A stretch of DNA of 64,000 nt, taken from positions 7,901 through 71,900 of the IMG/VR virus record IMGVR_UViG_3300037455_001046. The stretch is one strand, 5' to 3'. Shown here one piece after another: positions 30,536 through 40,854 of this stretch. The stretch is from a virus (lineage: Duplodnaviria > Caudoviricetes). Made by a program: the position numbers and the translations under genes. Position 1 is the stretch's first letter. Each line of letters opens with the position of its first letter. The notes beneath the pieces were generated by a model that saw only the letters and a list, made by a program, of their open reading frames with translations, searched no databases and was not told the DNA's origin.

Positions 30536-30970
30536 ATGACCAAAGTTTATTCTTACGCCGAAAAGACGACGGCCATCATCCGAATCCCCGTGGGAAGCTC
30601 GGGCAAGGCATTCCTCAACGTGGAATTCAAGGGCGGCCGCAAAGTCGGCAACAGCTTCAAACCGGCGACGTACTGCACCGCCGACCCCACCGAACAGGCG
30701 ATCATCGAGAACAGCCCCTATTTCGGCCGCGGCGTCAAGCTCGTCCGCAGCTACGACAACGGCGGCAACGAGGTCGCCCCCGCCCTGGCCACCGACAAGC
30801 CGGAGGCCGTGGAGGTCACCATCGTCAACGTGACGGAAGTGAAGACCCGTGAGGAGGCAGTGGCCTACCTCAAGTCCAAGGGCGTGAAAGCAACCCAGCT
30901 GCGGGACGACGCAGCCATACAGAAACAGGCGCAGCGCATCGGCGTCGCGTTCCCCAACCTTTTTGAATGA
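30536..30970 (+). CDS. Hypothetical virion protein
   Basis: 144-aa ORF with an A/C-rich leader, directly after the capsid terminator. Confidence 0.65.
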   Translation: MTKVYSYAEKTTAIIRIPVGSSGKAFLNVEFKGGRKVGNSFKPATYCTADPTEQAIIENSPYFGRGVKLVRSYDNGGNEVAPALATDKPEAVEVTIVNVTEVKTREEAVAYLKSKGVKATQLRDDAAIQKQAQRIGVAFPNLFE

Positions 30971-31662
30971 TGACCGATCTCTCCATCAGCGAAGTCGTAG
31001 AAGCCGTCCGCAAGAACCTGGACGAGCTCGACCCGAACGGAAATGCCTCCGTGATGTATACCGATGAAGCATCCGACAACGAGTCGTTGACGGATGTCAT
31101 CGCGCGCTTCATCCCCGAAGCCATCAACGCCATCCATATGGCGGCACCCGTCGCGCTGCTGGAGGGAAAGGACTTTGTGGTGGGCGACCTGGACTCCGTC
31201 ACGGAAGACGGCGGAGTCCTGGCCGTCACACTCGACGACGGGACGGACTTCCTGCGCCTGGTGGCATTCCGCGCCAAGGACTCCGCCATCGTCGTCACCG
31301 ACGCCATCCCCGAGGCATCGGCGGAAGGGCGCAAGCAGCTGAACCCGTACATCCGCGGACGTTACGACCGCCCGCGCCTGGTGCAGCTCCAGGGGGCGCA
31401 TACCGGCCCCTCGTTCAAATACTATACGCTGGACACGGAAGGGTCGGGCTATTCGGGATACCATACCACGCCGTCCTCCGCCATCGCCCAGCTCACCTTC
31501 ATCCAGGAACAATTCTATGACGAGGACGCCGAGGACTATCCCATCTCGCGCCGCCTTCGCCAGAACATCATAGACTACGTCACCGCCTCCGTGATGGTGA
31601 CGTACAACGACCAGCGGGCGCAGACCTATTTCGAAAAAGCGAACAACTTCCCAAGAGCGTAG
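30967..31662 (+). CDS. Putative head-tail adaptor/neck protein
   Basis: 231 aa with helical N- and C-termini around a beta-insert; ATGA-coupled; function inferred from position. Confidence 0.5.
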   Translation: MMTDLSISEVVEAVRKNLDELDPNGNASVMYTDEASDNESLTDVIARFIPEAINAIHMAAPVALLEGKDFVVGDLDSVTEDGGVLAVTLDDGTDFLRLVAFRAKDSAIVVTDAIPEASAEGRKQLNPYIRGRYDRPRLVQLQGAHTGPSFKYYTLDTEGSGYSGYHTTPSSAIAQLTFIQEQFYDEDAEDYPISRRLRQNIIDYVTASVMVTYNDQRAQTYFEKANNFPRA

Positions 31663-31665
31663 GCC

Positions 31666-32049
31666 ATGTCAAGGAAATTCAGGATCGGCACGGATGTGTC
31701 CGTGGCTTGGACGCTCGAAGACAGGGAGGGCTCTGCCTATGACCTGACGGGGAGGAGCATCAATGTGTACCTCTTCTGCCGGGGCTTGCAGATCCCCATC
31801 CAGAGCCCGGCGGTCTCCGCCAACACGATATCGTTTACTTTCCGCGGCAAGGACCAGACCGTCTTCGGGCAGTACGGCCTGCTCTACGTCGAGAACGACG
31901 GGCAGGTCGGCATGGTCTCCTTCGACATCCCCGACGCCTTCCAGCTTACGCCACACACCTGGCTCACAAGGCCGGCGTGTCCGCCGAAAGGCGTGGAGAC
32001 CGGGTCCGTCGAGATCACCTCGAGAATGCCGCTTAAAATACCAGCATAG
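31666..32049 (+). CDS. Stand-alone BppU-like fibre attachment domain, paralogue of the next gene's N-terminus
   Basis: MSRKFRIGTDVSVAWTL...YDLTG...GKDQ...GQYGL...ENDGQV matches MSKKFRIGNDIPVRWIL... of 32052-34862. Confidence 0.7.
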   Translation: MSRKFRIGTDVSVAWTLEDREGSAYDLTGRSINVYLFCRGLQIPIQSPAVSANTISFTFRGKDQTVFGQYGLLYVENDGQVGMVSFDIPDAFQLTPHTWLTRPACPPKGVETGSVEITSRMPLKIPA

Positions 32050-32051
32050 CC

Positions 32052-34862
32052 ATGTCGAAGAAATTCAGGATCGGAAATGACATCCCCGTCCGCTGGATAC
32101 TGAAGGACGGCAGCGGTGAGCCTTACGACCTCACCGGGAAAAGTTACAAGATATATCTCGTCAACCACAGCAAGCTGATGCGGATCTCGACCCCGACCGT
32201 CGAGGTCAACGTGGTGTCGTTCGTGTACTATGGCAAAGACCAGAAGCTCGACGGCCAGTACGGGCTGATGCTGGTGGAGAACGACGGCCAGGTGGATATG
32301 GTCACCTACGACGTCCTCGACGCCTTCTGGATCGTCCGCCATTCCTGGCTCATCGAGCAGGGCGAAGACCCCGCCTGCGTGGAGACGGACTGCGTGGAGA
32401 TCACCTCCAGGGTGACCCCCGATCCGATCACGGCGGAGGATGTCATCATGGCCCTCGGCTACACGCCGGCGGACGAGGACGACCTGGACGGCAAGGCCGA
32501 CAAGGTGGACGGCGCGGTCGCCGGACACCTCGCGTCGCTGGATGCGAACGGGAACCTGACGGACTCGGGAATACCCGCCAGCGGAGGCGGCGGCTTCCAG
32601 CATGTCTATAGCGGATCTCTCGCGTCTGTAACAAATCCCGCCGAGGGCGACATCTGTATCGTACCGGCCCACGACGATGTACCTGCCGAGGCCTATGAAT
32701 ACCTGAACGGGGAATGGCAGAGTCGGGATGATATCTCCGACGCCATAGCCTTGGCTCAGTCGGCCTACCAGAAACCCGAAAGCGGTATCCCGGCGGCAGA
32801 CTTGGCAAGCGGCGTGATTCCTGACATCTCCGGCAAGGAGGACAAGTCCAACAAGGTAACCTCACTTTCGGGTTCTTCCACGGACGCGCAATATCCTTCT
32901 GCCAAAGTGGTGTATGACGCCTTGCCGAAGACCCTTGTGAGCAGCCTGTATGTGATGCCGGACACTTACGACACCACCAAGGATATCCAAGAGTCGACCG
33001 CCGCACTCGGCATCTCCGAGGATGACTTGAACGACTTGTTTGCCGGGAAGTATGAAAAGATCAAGTTCGGCGACGACACGCTCGATGTTACGGTCGTGAA
33101 CGGTCAAAGCCCTTGGCGGGTTAAGTTCGTGAGTCCGGATATGCTGACGGAGTACATACTCTACGGAATCACGATTATGGCTGGTGGCGTTTTCCTTGTC
33201 GGAACGACGCTTTACAAGGGAGCTGCGGTTCAGTTTACCGAGCAGAGCCTATCGGCGGCGCAACGCGAGCAAGCCCGGGCGAACATTATGGCAGAGGCGG
33301 CGTGGCAGGACTTGCCGGTGCTGTATAACTATTCGAGTAGTACTACGGCGGAACAAAAGGCGCACAATCTCGAGGTGTTAGATGCGATATGCACCAATAC
33401 CAGCTTGGCTAATCCAAAACAACGTGTCGCGATTGATGATTCCGGCTTTTACACTAACCACATCACCGTCTATTATGCGTATAAGAACGGCTCCGAATAT
33501 ATCGTCTATGGCTATGGCTATCTGTTCGAGTTGTTCTGGGCGAATTATTGTGAAGTGACCATAAAGTCCACGGATGGCGAGTTGGATTTTGCAATAACAC
33601 AGGTATTGAAAGACCCGATCGCCGTTCCATTTACAGACGCCGAACTTGCAGCCGCAACTGAGAATGTCGAGTACACTATCGCCAAGACGACCGATACCAG
33701 TGATGTGCTAACCGCAGATAACGATCTTGCGGATAGTCAACTGTACCGATATAAAAACAGCCTCTCCTACGGATTCAAACCCGATGTGCAAACCGTCTGG
33801 GATCGCGATTATTACGATGTCTTCTTCGACACCGACGACAAGACCATCCGTATGCGCGTCTACTACGACAAGCACATCACGATCCTCTGGTGGCACAAGG
33901 CGGAGCAGGACAACTACCTCATCGGCGACTCATCGTCTCCCTACGGCGGAACTCCTCTTGAGTTGGAGAGCAAGGCGAATCGGGTGAACGCGCTCACGGG
34001 CAACGAGGCTGACACCAGCAAATATCCGAGTACGAAAGCCCTCGCCGATGCCCTCGGCAAGATGGGCGTGGTCAGCCAGACGCAGACCTGGACGGGGAGC
34101 GATGCAAACGGGTGGACTTATGCGATGTCCGACATTGTGCGCGGACTGATTCCGCAAGCCGCCATTGACCTATACACCGAGGCAGGGGCAACCTTTAACG
34201 CCACTACGGGATATTTTGAACTCAATGGCTTGACCGACTTGTCCTACGAGGAAATCAAACTCGCCTATAAATTCTCATACAATACAAACGGCGAGTGGAC
34301 AAATATCAGCACGGGTGTTGACATTTGCAACATCCGTACGAACTTTCCTTTGAAAAAAGGTCAAGTTATTGACGGGGGGATCGCCGCATATAAACGGGGT
34401 ATTGTTACAACATTGTATTATTTCGGCCTTCTTCCGAACTTAGAGGTGTTTTGTTTGACATATGGCGATGATACTCAACTTACTCTTTCTTCGTATTCAG
34501 GATATTTATTCTATCAAATCCCGACACGATTAAGAGAAGTTATCGGAGGATTAAATGTTTATAATGGGGGGCGAATTGATGAGAACTATTTTTTCAATGC
34601 TTGCTATTTTTTGGAAAAATTACATCTTGTTGACCTCCGCAAAAATGTGATGTTGAAAAACCTTAAAGCACTCGCTCTTGAGTCGGTTGTGTTCGCCGTT
34701 GACCACTCTGCCAACGGCAGCACCGCCATCACGATAACCCTGCACGCCACGGCCTACGCACGCTGCCAAGCGGACACCACCACCTACACCTACAACGGCA
34801 ACACCTACACGGGCGTGATAGCCTATGGAGCCGCAAAGAATATCACGATAACCTCCGCATAA
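32052..34862 (+). CDS. Tail fibre / receptor-binding protein (936 aa)
   Basis: BppU-like N-terminus, GKADKV/YPSxK shaft repeats and a lower-GC C-terminal domain (FELNGLTDLSYEEI...RTNFP). Confidence 0.7.
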   Translation: MSKKFRIGNDIPVRWILKDGSGEPYDLTGKSYKIYLVNHSKLMRISTPTVEVNVVSFVYYGKDQKLDGQYGLMLVENDGQVDMVTYDVLDAFWIVRHSWLIEQGEDPACVETDCVEITSRVTPDPITAEDVIMALGYTPADEDDLDGKADKVDGAVAGHLASLDANGNLTDSGIPASGGGGFQHVYSGSLASVTNPAEGDICIVPAHDDVPAEAYEYLNGEWQSRDDISDAIALAQSAYQKPESGIPAADLASGVIPDISGKEDKSNKVTSLSGSSTDAQYPSAKVVYDALPKTLVSSLYVMPDTYDTTKDIQESTAALGISEDDLNDLFAGKYEKIKFGDDTLDVTVVNGQSPWRVKFVSPDMLTEYILYGITIMAGGVFLVGTTLYKGAAVQFTEQSLSAAQREQARANIMAEAAWQDLPVLYNYSSSTTAEQKAHNLEVLDAICTNTSLANPKQRVAIDDSGFYTNHITVYYAYKNGSEYIVYGYGYLFELFWANYCEVTIKSTDGELDFAITQVLKDPIAVPFTDAELAAATENVEYTIAKTTDTSDVLTADNDLADSQLYRYKNSLSYGFKPDVQTVWDRDYYDVFFDTDDKTIRMRVYYDKHITILWWHKAEQDNYLIGDSSSPYGGTPLELESKANRVNALTGNEADTSKYPSTKALADALGKMGVVSQTQTWTGSDANGWTYAMSDIVRGLIPQAAIDLYTEAGATFNATTGYFELNGLTDLSYEEIKLAYKFSYNTNGEWTNISTGVDICNIRTNFPLKKGQVIDGGIAAYKRGIVTTLYYFGLLPNLEVFCLTYGDDTQLTLSSYSGYLFYQIPTRLREVIGGLNVYNGGRIDENYFFNACYFLEKLHLVDLRKNVMLKNLKALALESVVFAVDHSANGSTAITITLHATAYARCQADTTTYTYNGNTYTGVIAYGAAKNITITSA

Positions 34863-34876
34863 AACTTGAAGTAACT

Positions 34877-37819
34877 ATGGCAATCAAAACTGGCCTTATA
34901 AAAGATAAGAACGGGGATACCTTCTTCCCCCAGACCGACGCGAGCCTCGTCATCGGCCTCACGCTGGTCAACGACCTTGTGAACTACTACCTCAAGAGCG
35001 AGGTCTACACCAAGGCTGAGGTGGCGGCACTCATCGGCGCGATCAATCAGTTCCACTATGAGATTGCGGCCTCGACCAGCGCCGTCACGAATCCGCAGAG
35101 CAATGTCCTCTACCTTATCGGCCCGACGGGAAGCGGCGCGGACAAGTATGAGGAGTATGTCTATCCCAACTCCACGACGGGGTGGGTAAAGATTGGCGAC
35201 ACCAGCATCGACTTGAGCGGTTATGAGCAGACAACAAACCGCGTGACGGCGGTATCCGCCCAGTCCGACAACAACCACTATCCCACGGCCAAGGCGGTGT
35301 GGGATGCCATCGTTGCAGGGAAGGAGATATTTTGGGTTACTTACGGAACAACCACCGCAAGCGAGATTGCGACTGCAATATCGGACGGAAAATTACCTTG
35401 CGTGCAGTATTCCAGCCGTGTTTATATCCTTGCGCTTACCGATTCCTCTTACTACTATTTCATAGCGGCGCAACCCGACAAGATTTCGTATCTGCGTCAG
35501 TCGCGTGGTAATAGTTCGTGGATAGGTGGGACTAACACATTTGAGAACACATCCGACAAGGTTTCCACCATCTCCGGCAACGAAACCTCGACCTCGAAAT
35601 ACCCCAACACCAAGGCTGTCGCCGACGCCCTTGCCCTGAAATACACCAAACCAAACGACGGCATCCCCAAGTCCGACCTCTCCGCCGAAGTCCAGTCGGC
35701 CATCGACAACGCCTCCATCACGAAGCTCGCCGACCAGACCTTCACCTTCCGCAAGTCGCCCGCCAACTCCACGCGGGGAAGGCTCAATGCGGTCAAGGGA
35801 AAGAGCGTGGTGTGGAACCAGCTGCTCGATGTTCAGCATATTCAAGGAACTGGTAATGGTTCGTATGTTTCGTTCGGTGCCACTCAGTTCCAGATGGTTT
35901 CGGGCCACAAATATCTCATCAAATTATCGAATTGGACGAATGTGGCGCAAGTTCGAGTAAGAGAGCCATTCATCGGTAGTAGTGTCACATCCGATACAAT
36001 TTTCACGGCCTCTGCTTCCGGCAACTGCTATTTCCAGTGGTTAGCCGCGAGTGGAGATTCGGTGGACTTCTATGCTTCTTGCATCGACTTGACTCTCCTC
36101 TGCACCTCTGGCTACGAGCCGTCCACGGTGGCCGAGTTCGAGGCTTTGTATCCTTTGCCGTACTACGCCTACGATGCCGGGACAATCAAGAGCAACGCGG
36201 CAACGGCGGTGGAGATGGTAGGACGCAACCAATGGGATGAGGAGTGGGAGAACGGAGTGTACGATACAATAACCGGAGAGAAGGCGGAGGATGAAAACAA
36301 AATAAGGAGTAAAAATAAGTTCCCGGCCCTTCCGAATACATCGTACTTTGTACAATGTCCGAGTAATGCAACAATGCAAGTTTTTTGCTTTGACGCGTCC
36401 GGGGAACTTATTAAGAGATGGAATGGCGCATACAATTTCAAAGGTGTCACCAGCCCACTCGCCTTCACCACTCCTGCCGGAACGCACTTGATGGCTTTCC
36501 ATATCACTCAAGCCACCTACAACCACGACATCTGCATCAACCTCTCCGACGCCTCGTTCAACGGCCAGTACGAACCCTACCGCAAGGAAACCCTCCAACT
36601 GAACATCCCAACCATCACGGGTAAACTCAACGGCGAGGGGACGAGCGTGACCATCTTCCCCGACGGACTCCGTCAGGCGGGTACGGCCTACGACGAACTC
36701 GTCGTGGACTCCGACGGCTGGATTCGGAGCGCCATAAAGAGGGTTGAGATGATAGACCTTGGCGATGAGTCGCTGACCTATCACGACTATTCTACCGAAG
36801 CAACAACCGCACAACCTTACGGCAGTTCCAGAATTACGGATTTGTCAACAAGGGCATCAGGTAAGCAACTTTGTTGCTCGAAATATATCAATAGCGCCAG
36901 CTTCACTTCATCCGATAAAGCCGTAACTGGCTACGCAACAAGCTCTACATTCTACATTATCGATAGTTCGATGATGGGCTATACTGCCGCACAAGTCAAG
37001 ACGGCGGTCACTGGCGCAAAGTTGAACTACGAACTCGCCACCCCTCTCGAGTACCTCCTCGACACCCCCATCTATGTGGGCTTCTCCGCCCTGCCCGGAG
37101 GTACCGAGAGAAGGCTCCCTGCCGATACCGCATCCTCCGTCATCGCCCCCTTCCGCGCAGACTTCCAGTACGGACTCACCGAGGAGGAGATGAGGCAGGA
37201 TACCACCGAAATCTTCTGGGTCACTTATGGGATAACTACTGCGGCTGAGATTGACGCAGCATCAGCTGCCGGGAAATTGTCGATGTGTTGGTACAACGGA
37301 AAGTGTTATGTGATATCACAGGATAAATCGAATGATGATTTTTATTTCGGTTGTCTTTACGGAAGGAACGGCTATCTGTTGAGGCTCTCAAGAAATGGCA
37401 CTTGGACAACTGGCTTAACCAATTTTGAGAGTACGGGAGACAAGGTGTCATCCGTCGCTGGTTACGAATCGAATACAACCAAGTATCCCTCCACCAAAGC
37501 CACCTACGACGCCATCCATCCCTCCGTCGCCACCACCCAGCCTTCCGGCGGCTTCCTCCCGAACATCGTCTACGACCTCGGAACGCTGACCGGCACGGTG
37601 ACCTTCTCCCTCGCCACGCCCACGGACGCGAACATCGCCAACGCCTACCATTGGACGTTCGAGACCGACACCACCGCGCCGACCATCACCTGGCCCGCGA
37701 ACCTCGTCTGGGCGGAAGGGAGCGCACCCACGATCTCCGCGTCGAAACACTATGAGATAATGATTCGCGGACACTACGCCAACGCCATCGAGTTCGACCT
37801 CTATGTCCCCGCATCGTAG
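34877..37819 (+). CDS. Tail fibre protein (980 aa), mosaic
   Basis: Three YP[TNS]xKAxxDA repeats, duplicated EIFWVTYGxTTAxEI module, alternating high- and low-GC blocks. Confidence 0.7.
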   Translation: MAIKTGLIKDKNGDTFFPQTDASLVIGLTLVNDLVNYYLKSEVYTKAEVAALIGAINQFHYEIAASTSAVTNPQSNVLYLIGPTGSGADKYEEYVYPNSTTGWVKIGDTSIDLSGYEQTTNRVTAVSAQSDNNHYPTAKAVWDAIVAGKEIFWVTYGTTTASEIATAISDGKLPCVQYSSRVYILALTDSSYYYFIAAQPDKISYLRQSRGNSSWIGGTNTFENTSDKVSTISGNETSTSKYPNTKAVADALALKYTKPNDGIPKSDLSAEVQSAIDNASITKLADQTFTFRKSPANSTRGRLNAVKGKSVVWNQLLDVQHIQGTGNGSYVSFGATQFQMVSGHKYLIKLSNWTNVAQVRVREPFIGSSVTSDTIFTASASGNCYFQWLAASGDSVDFYASCIDLTLLCTSGYEPSTVAEFEALYPLPYYAYDAGTIKSNAATAVEMVGRNQWDEEWENGVYDTITGEKAEDENKIRSKNKFPALPNTSYFVQCPSNATMQVFCFDASGELIKRWNGAYNFKGVTSPLAFTTPAGTHLMAFHITQATYNHDICINLSDASFNGQYEPYRKETLQLNIPTITGKLNGEGTSVTIFPDGLRQAGTAYDELVVDSDGWIRSAIKRVEMIDLGDESLTYHDYSTEATTAQPYGSSRITDLSTRASGKQLCCSKYINSASFTSSDKAVTGYATSSTFYIIDSSMMGYTAAQVKTAVTGAKLNYELATPLEYLLDTPIYVGFSALPGGTERRLPADTASSVIAPFRADFQYGLTEEEMRQDTTEIFWVTYGITTAAEIDAASAAGKLSMCWYNGKCYVISQDKSNDDFYFGCLYGRNGYLLRLSRNGTWTTGLTNFESTGDKVSSVAGYESNTTKYPSTKATYDAIHPSVATTQPSGGFLPNIVYDLGTLTGTVTFSLATPTDANIANAYHWTFETDTTAPTITWPANLVWAEGSAPTISASKHYEIMIRGHYANAIEFDLYVPAS

Positions 37820-37822
37820 CCT

Positions 37823-39112
37823 ATGAGCAACTTCTTCGATACATTCCTGCTACGGCGGTTCTCGGGCGCGAAAAGCGCATACATCGAGTTCGCGGACACG
37901 ACCGTCGCTTCCATCTGCGCCAGTACTTGGGGCGACGGAACGGGGCTTACCTACGCCCGTGCGAAGTCCATCACGACGCTCGGAACGGCGTTCAAGGGGA
38001 ACACCTCCATCGTGAGCTTCGACGAACTACAGTATTTCACGGGCCTCACGACGATCGACAACTACGCTTTCCAAGATTGCACCGCTCTCGCGCAGGTCAC
38101 TCTTCCTCCGACACTCTCCGTCGTCGGTCAGTACGCCTTCAACGGATGCACCTCGCTGGCGACCGTGAACTACTACGGCACGGGAACCTTCTCGATGAAC
38201 GCCCGCGCCTTCCAGAAGTGTCCGCTCACGACATTCCCGACGAAGGCGCTCTCGTCTATGGTGGGCGACTACGGGCTCCACGGCAACAAGCTCGCCGTCA
38301 TCGAGTTTTCGTCCTCCTTCACGGCTTTCGGCTACGGCGCTTGCATCCGTGGCGGACAGGCTCCCCAGACCGTCATCATACACGCAACGACGCCTCCTAC
38401 AAGCGGCGGACGCCCGTTCTACTATGACCGTGGCGGCGGCTCGTTCTACATCAACCCCTCCGTCCGCATATACGTTCCGTACTCCGCCGACCATTCCATC
38501 CTCGCCGCATACCAAGCCGCAAGCGGATGGTCTGAGTTCGCCAACTATATGTACGAATACCACGAAGTACCGGCGGCATACCGTCGGCTCACGGGCATCG
38601 TCTTCGACGGGAATGTGTACTACGAAACGAACTTCAAGCTCACGGGCGCAGACCGCGTGTCCGTGGACTTCTCCATCACGAAGGCTTGCAACGTATTCGG
38701 CTGCTATACCTCCGCCGAGGCGTCGAACAACTACTCCCTCTACGCCACGACGACATCCGGCGGAAAGTATATGCGCTACGACGGCGGAACCTACAACTCC
38801 TACCTCTCCACGAACACCCGATACACCGCGACCATCAAGCCCACGGGAACGGAAGGGTTACGCACGAACTCGTCTTGGACGGCGGCAACATTCACCGCCG
38901 ACAATAATATGCTCATCGGCACGACGGCGACAAACGCTACCTCGTCCAAATTCTCCGGCACATTATACGGAAACGTGGACGTCGCGGGGCGCACGTCCCT
39001 CATCCCCGTGGAGCGCATCTCCGACGGGGCGATAGGATACTACGACCCCATCGCCGACGCGTTCCTTGCCAACCAAGGCACGGGAACTCCAGTAAAACTC
39101 GGTTACGCTTAA
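37823..39112 (+). CDS. BspA-type LRR plus lectin-like fibre tip protein
   Basis: FKGNTSIVSFDELQYFTGLTTIDNYAFQDCTALAQVTLP LRR_5 repeats; C-terminal beta-sandwich ending GAIGYYDPIADAFLAN. Confidence 0.72.
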   Translation: MSNFFDTFLLRRFSGAKSAYIEFADTTVASICASTWGDGTGLTYARAKSITTLGTAFKGNTSIVSFDELQYFTGLTTIDNYAFQDCTALAQVTLPPTLSVVGQYAFNGCTSLATVNYYGTGTFSMNARAFQKCPLTTFPTKALSSMVGDYGLHGNKLAVIEFSSSFTAFGYGACIRGGQAPQTVIIHATTPPTSGGRPFYYDRGGGSFYINPSVRIYVPYSADHSILAAYQAASGWSEFANYMYEYHEVPAAYRRLTGIVFDGNVYYETNFKLTGADRVSVDFSITKACNVFGCYTSAEASNNYSLYATTTSGGKYMRYDGGTYNSYLSTNTRYTATIKPTGTEGLRTNSSWTAATFTADNNMLIGTTATNATSSKFSGTLYGNVDVAGRTSLIPVERISDGAIGYYDPIADAFLANQGTGTPVKLGYA

Positions 39113-39124
39113 AAGAAAAAGGCT

Positions 39125-39685
39125 ATGCTATACTACAAGATCATCAACGACAAGACCGTCATCTCCGACTGCCGGACGCTCTACATAGAGGAGCAAAATC
39201 AATGGCTCAGCAATCCCTCTCAGGAGCAGATTTTCCACGAGGGCTGGGCCATATACACTCCTCCGCCTACCCCGCCCCAGACCGAACCCTACGACTCCGA
39301 GGTCATCGCCGCCGTCAAGAAGATGCTGTCCTCGTCCGTCGAATCCCTCACCGACGAGGAAGCACTCGAGGTAGCCGCGCTGTACCCGACGTGGGCATCT
39401 ATGATTGACAAACCCGTCGTCACGGGCGAGAGATACTGGTACAACGAGAAACTGTACAAGGTCGTGCAGAACCATACCGTCCAAGCAGACTGGACTCCCG
39501 ATGTCGCGACTTCGCTCTTTACGGAAGTGTCAGTTGACCCCTGGCCGGAGTGGGTACAACCGACGGGAGCGCAGGATGCCTATATGACCGGCGACCAGGT
39601 GTCCTACGAAGGTCATCATTGGATTTGCACATCCGACTATAACATCTACGCCCCAGGAGTTTTCGGGTGGGAACAAGCTGACTAA
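39125..39685 (+). CDS. Carbohydrate-binding (CBM5/12-like) domain protein
   Basis: RYWYNEKLYKVVQNH...W and AYMTGDQVSYEGHHWICT...GW aromatic patterns. Confidence 0.7.
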   Translation: MLYYKIINDKTVISDCRTLYIEEQNQWLSNPSQEQIFHEGWAIYTPPPTPPQTEPYDSEVIAAVKKMLSSSVESLTDEEALEVAALYPTWASMIDKPVVTGERYWYNEKLYKVVQNHTVQADWTPDVATSLFTEVSVDPWPEWVQPTGAQDAYMTGDQVSYEGHHWICTSDYNIYAPGVFGWEQAD

Positions 39686-39688
39686 CCT

Positions 39689-39790
39689 ATGCGAAAATTC
39701 CTCATCGTCCTCAAAGACATCCTCATTCTCCCGATCGCGCTCATAGCGCTGGTCGGCATATTAATCATCAACCTGTTTTCAAATGAATAA
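39689..39790 (+). CDS. 33-aa hydrophobic single-TM peptide (not in the ORF track)
   Basis: MRKFLIVLKDILILPIALIALVGILIINLFSNE*; overlaps the next start. Confidence 0.5.
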   Translation: MRKFLIVLKDILILPIALIALVGILIINLFSNE

Positions 39791-39971
39791 GATCCCTTTC
39801 GGCATCTACGTCGTCGCCCTCTTCATCTGGGGGCTGATCGCCATCGCCACCTCCGCCGCGGTCTGGAACTCCCATCCCGGCACGTTCCTCTCCATCGTGG
39901 CCGCCCTGAACCTTGCCATCAACGGCTGGTGCATCTATTGGAAAATTAAGAACATCCCTCCGATGCAGTAG
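39783..39971 (+). CDS. Small two-TM membrane protein
   Basis: 62 aa with two hydrophobic helices. Confidence 0.6.
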   Translation: MNKIPFGIYVVALFIWGLIAIATSAAVWNSHPGTFLSIVAALNLAINGWCIYWKIKNIPPMQ

Positions 39972-39973
39972 CC

Positions 39974-40096
39974 ATGGCGACGAAACCCACACCCAGAAAG
40001 TCCTCCGGCAAGACGGCAAAGACCGTCAAGCCGCAGATGGTGCCCAGATCAAGAAAGACCGCAAATGGAAACCCCAGACCCAAGAAGCGCTCTTGA
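39974..40096 (+). CDS. 40-aa highly basic peptide (not in the ORF track)
   Basis: MATKPTPRKSSGKTAKTVKPQMVPRSRKTANGNPRPKKRS*; TAGCCATG coupling to the upstream gene. Confidence 0.5.
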   Translation: MATKPTPRKSSGKTAKTVKPQMVPRSRKTANGNPRPKKRS

Positions 40097-40493
40097 GCGG
40101 ATCATCGGGGTGACCAGGCGGTTCACGAAGGTTGTACAGGTACTACCTTTCGTGTATCTGCTGGTCTTTGCCTTCGTGGCGATCGCAGAGCCGTTCCTCT
40201 CGGACAGCGCCTTCGACCTGGTCAACAACCTCTTCTATGTAGCGCCGGGCATCCAGGCCGTTGCCCTCGGCCTCTCCCGGCTTCTCCGCCTCTGCCGCTG
40301 GCATAAGATAGCCTGCCTTCTGCCGATGTCGTCACAGGCGGAGAGCTACATAGACGGATATCTCTTCCAATTCGCGCAGAACGAAATCGTCTGCGTCAAC
40401 ACGGTGATCGGAATCATATCGGTCGCCTTCATCGTTTTCTCCATCCGCCATTTCTTCCATGGACGCCAAAGACCTGGTACGGCAAACGCTTGA
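40065..40493 (+). CDS. Multi-TM membrane protein
   Basis: Three to four hydrophobic segments in 142 aa. Confidence 0.55.
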   Translation: METPDPRSALERIIGVTRRFTKVVQVLPFVYLLVFAFVAIAEPFLSDSAFDLVNNLFYVAPGIQAVALGLSRLLRLCRWHKIACLLPMSSQAESYIDGYLFQFAQNEIVCVNTVIGIISVAFIVFSIRHFFHGRQRPGTANA

Positions 40494-40743
40494 CTACTGG
40501 CGCTACAAGCTCGATCACAACCTCTGCACGATGGAGGAGATCGACTCCATCGCCAGGATGATGGAGAACAACCTCAGGATCACGGGTACGGTCGAGGACT
40601 TCGCCAAGTTCTGCGGAAAGCCCGAGCAGGCCGTCCGCAACGTCATCAGCCGGAAGGTGCTGGACAAGCCGCGCCGCAGGGTCTACTACAACTTCTTCCC
40701 CTTTCTCAAAAATATACCGGACAAGTGGCTGAATAAAAAGTAG
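40459..40743 (+). CDS. Small putative DNA-binding (HTH-like) protein
   Basis: TVEDFAKFCGKPEQAVRNVISR helix-turn-helix-like segment. Confidence 0.5.
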   Translation: MDAKDLVRQTLDYWRYKLDHNLCTMEEIDSIARMMENNLRITGTVEDFAKFCGKPEQAVRNVISRKVLDKPRRRVYYNFFPFLKNIPDKWLNKK

Positions 40744-40854
40744 TTCACACTACTTTTGGACATAATTCCGTAGGGAATATACCATAGCGAACTTTGTATT
40801 GACGATAGCCGTGAGCTATCCAATGCAAAGTTTAATTTTTAATACACAATCGCT

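Noticed and set aside
34100-34862. Possible DGR variable region at the fibre C-terminus
   Set aside because: No reverse transcriptase and no template/variable repeat pair differing at adenines was seen in the window.
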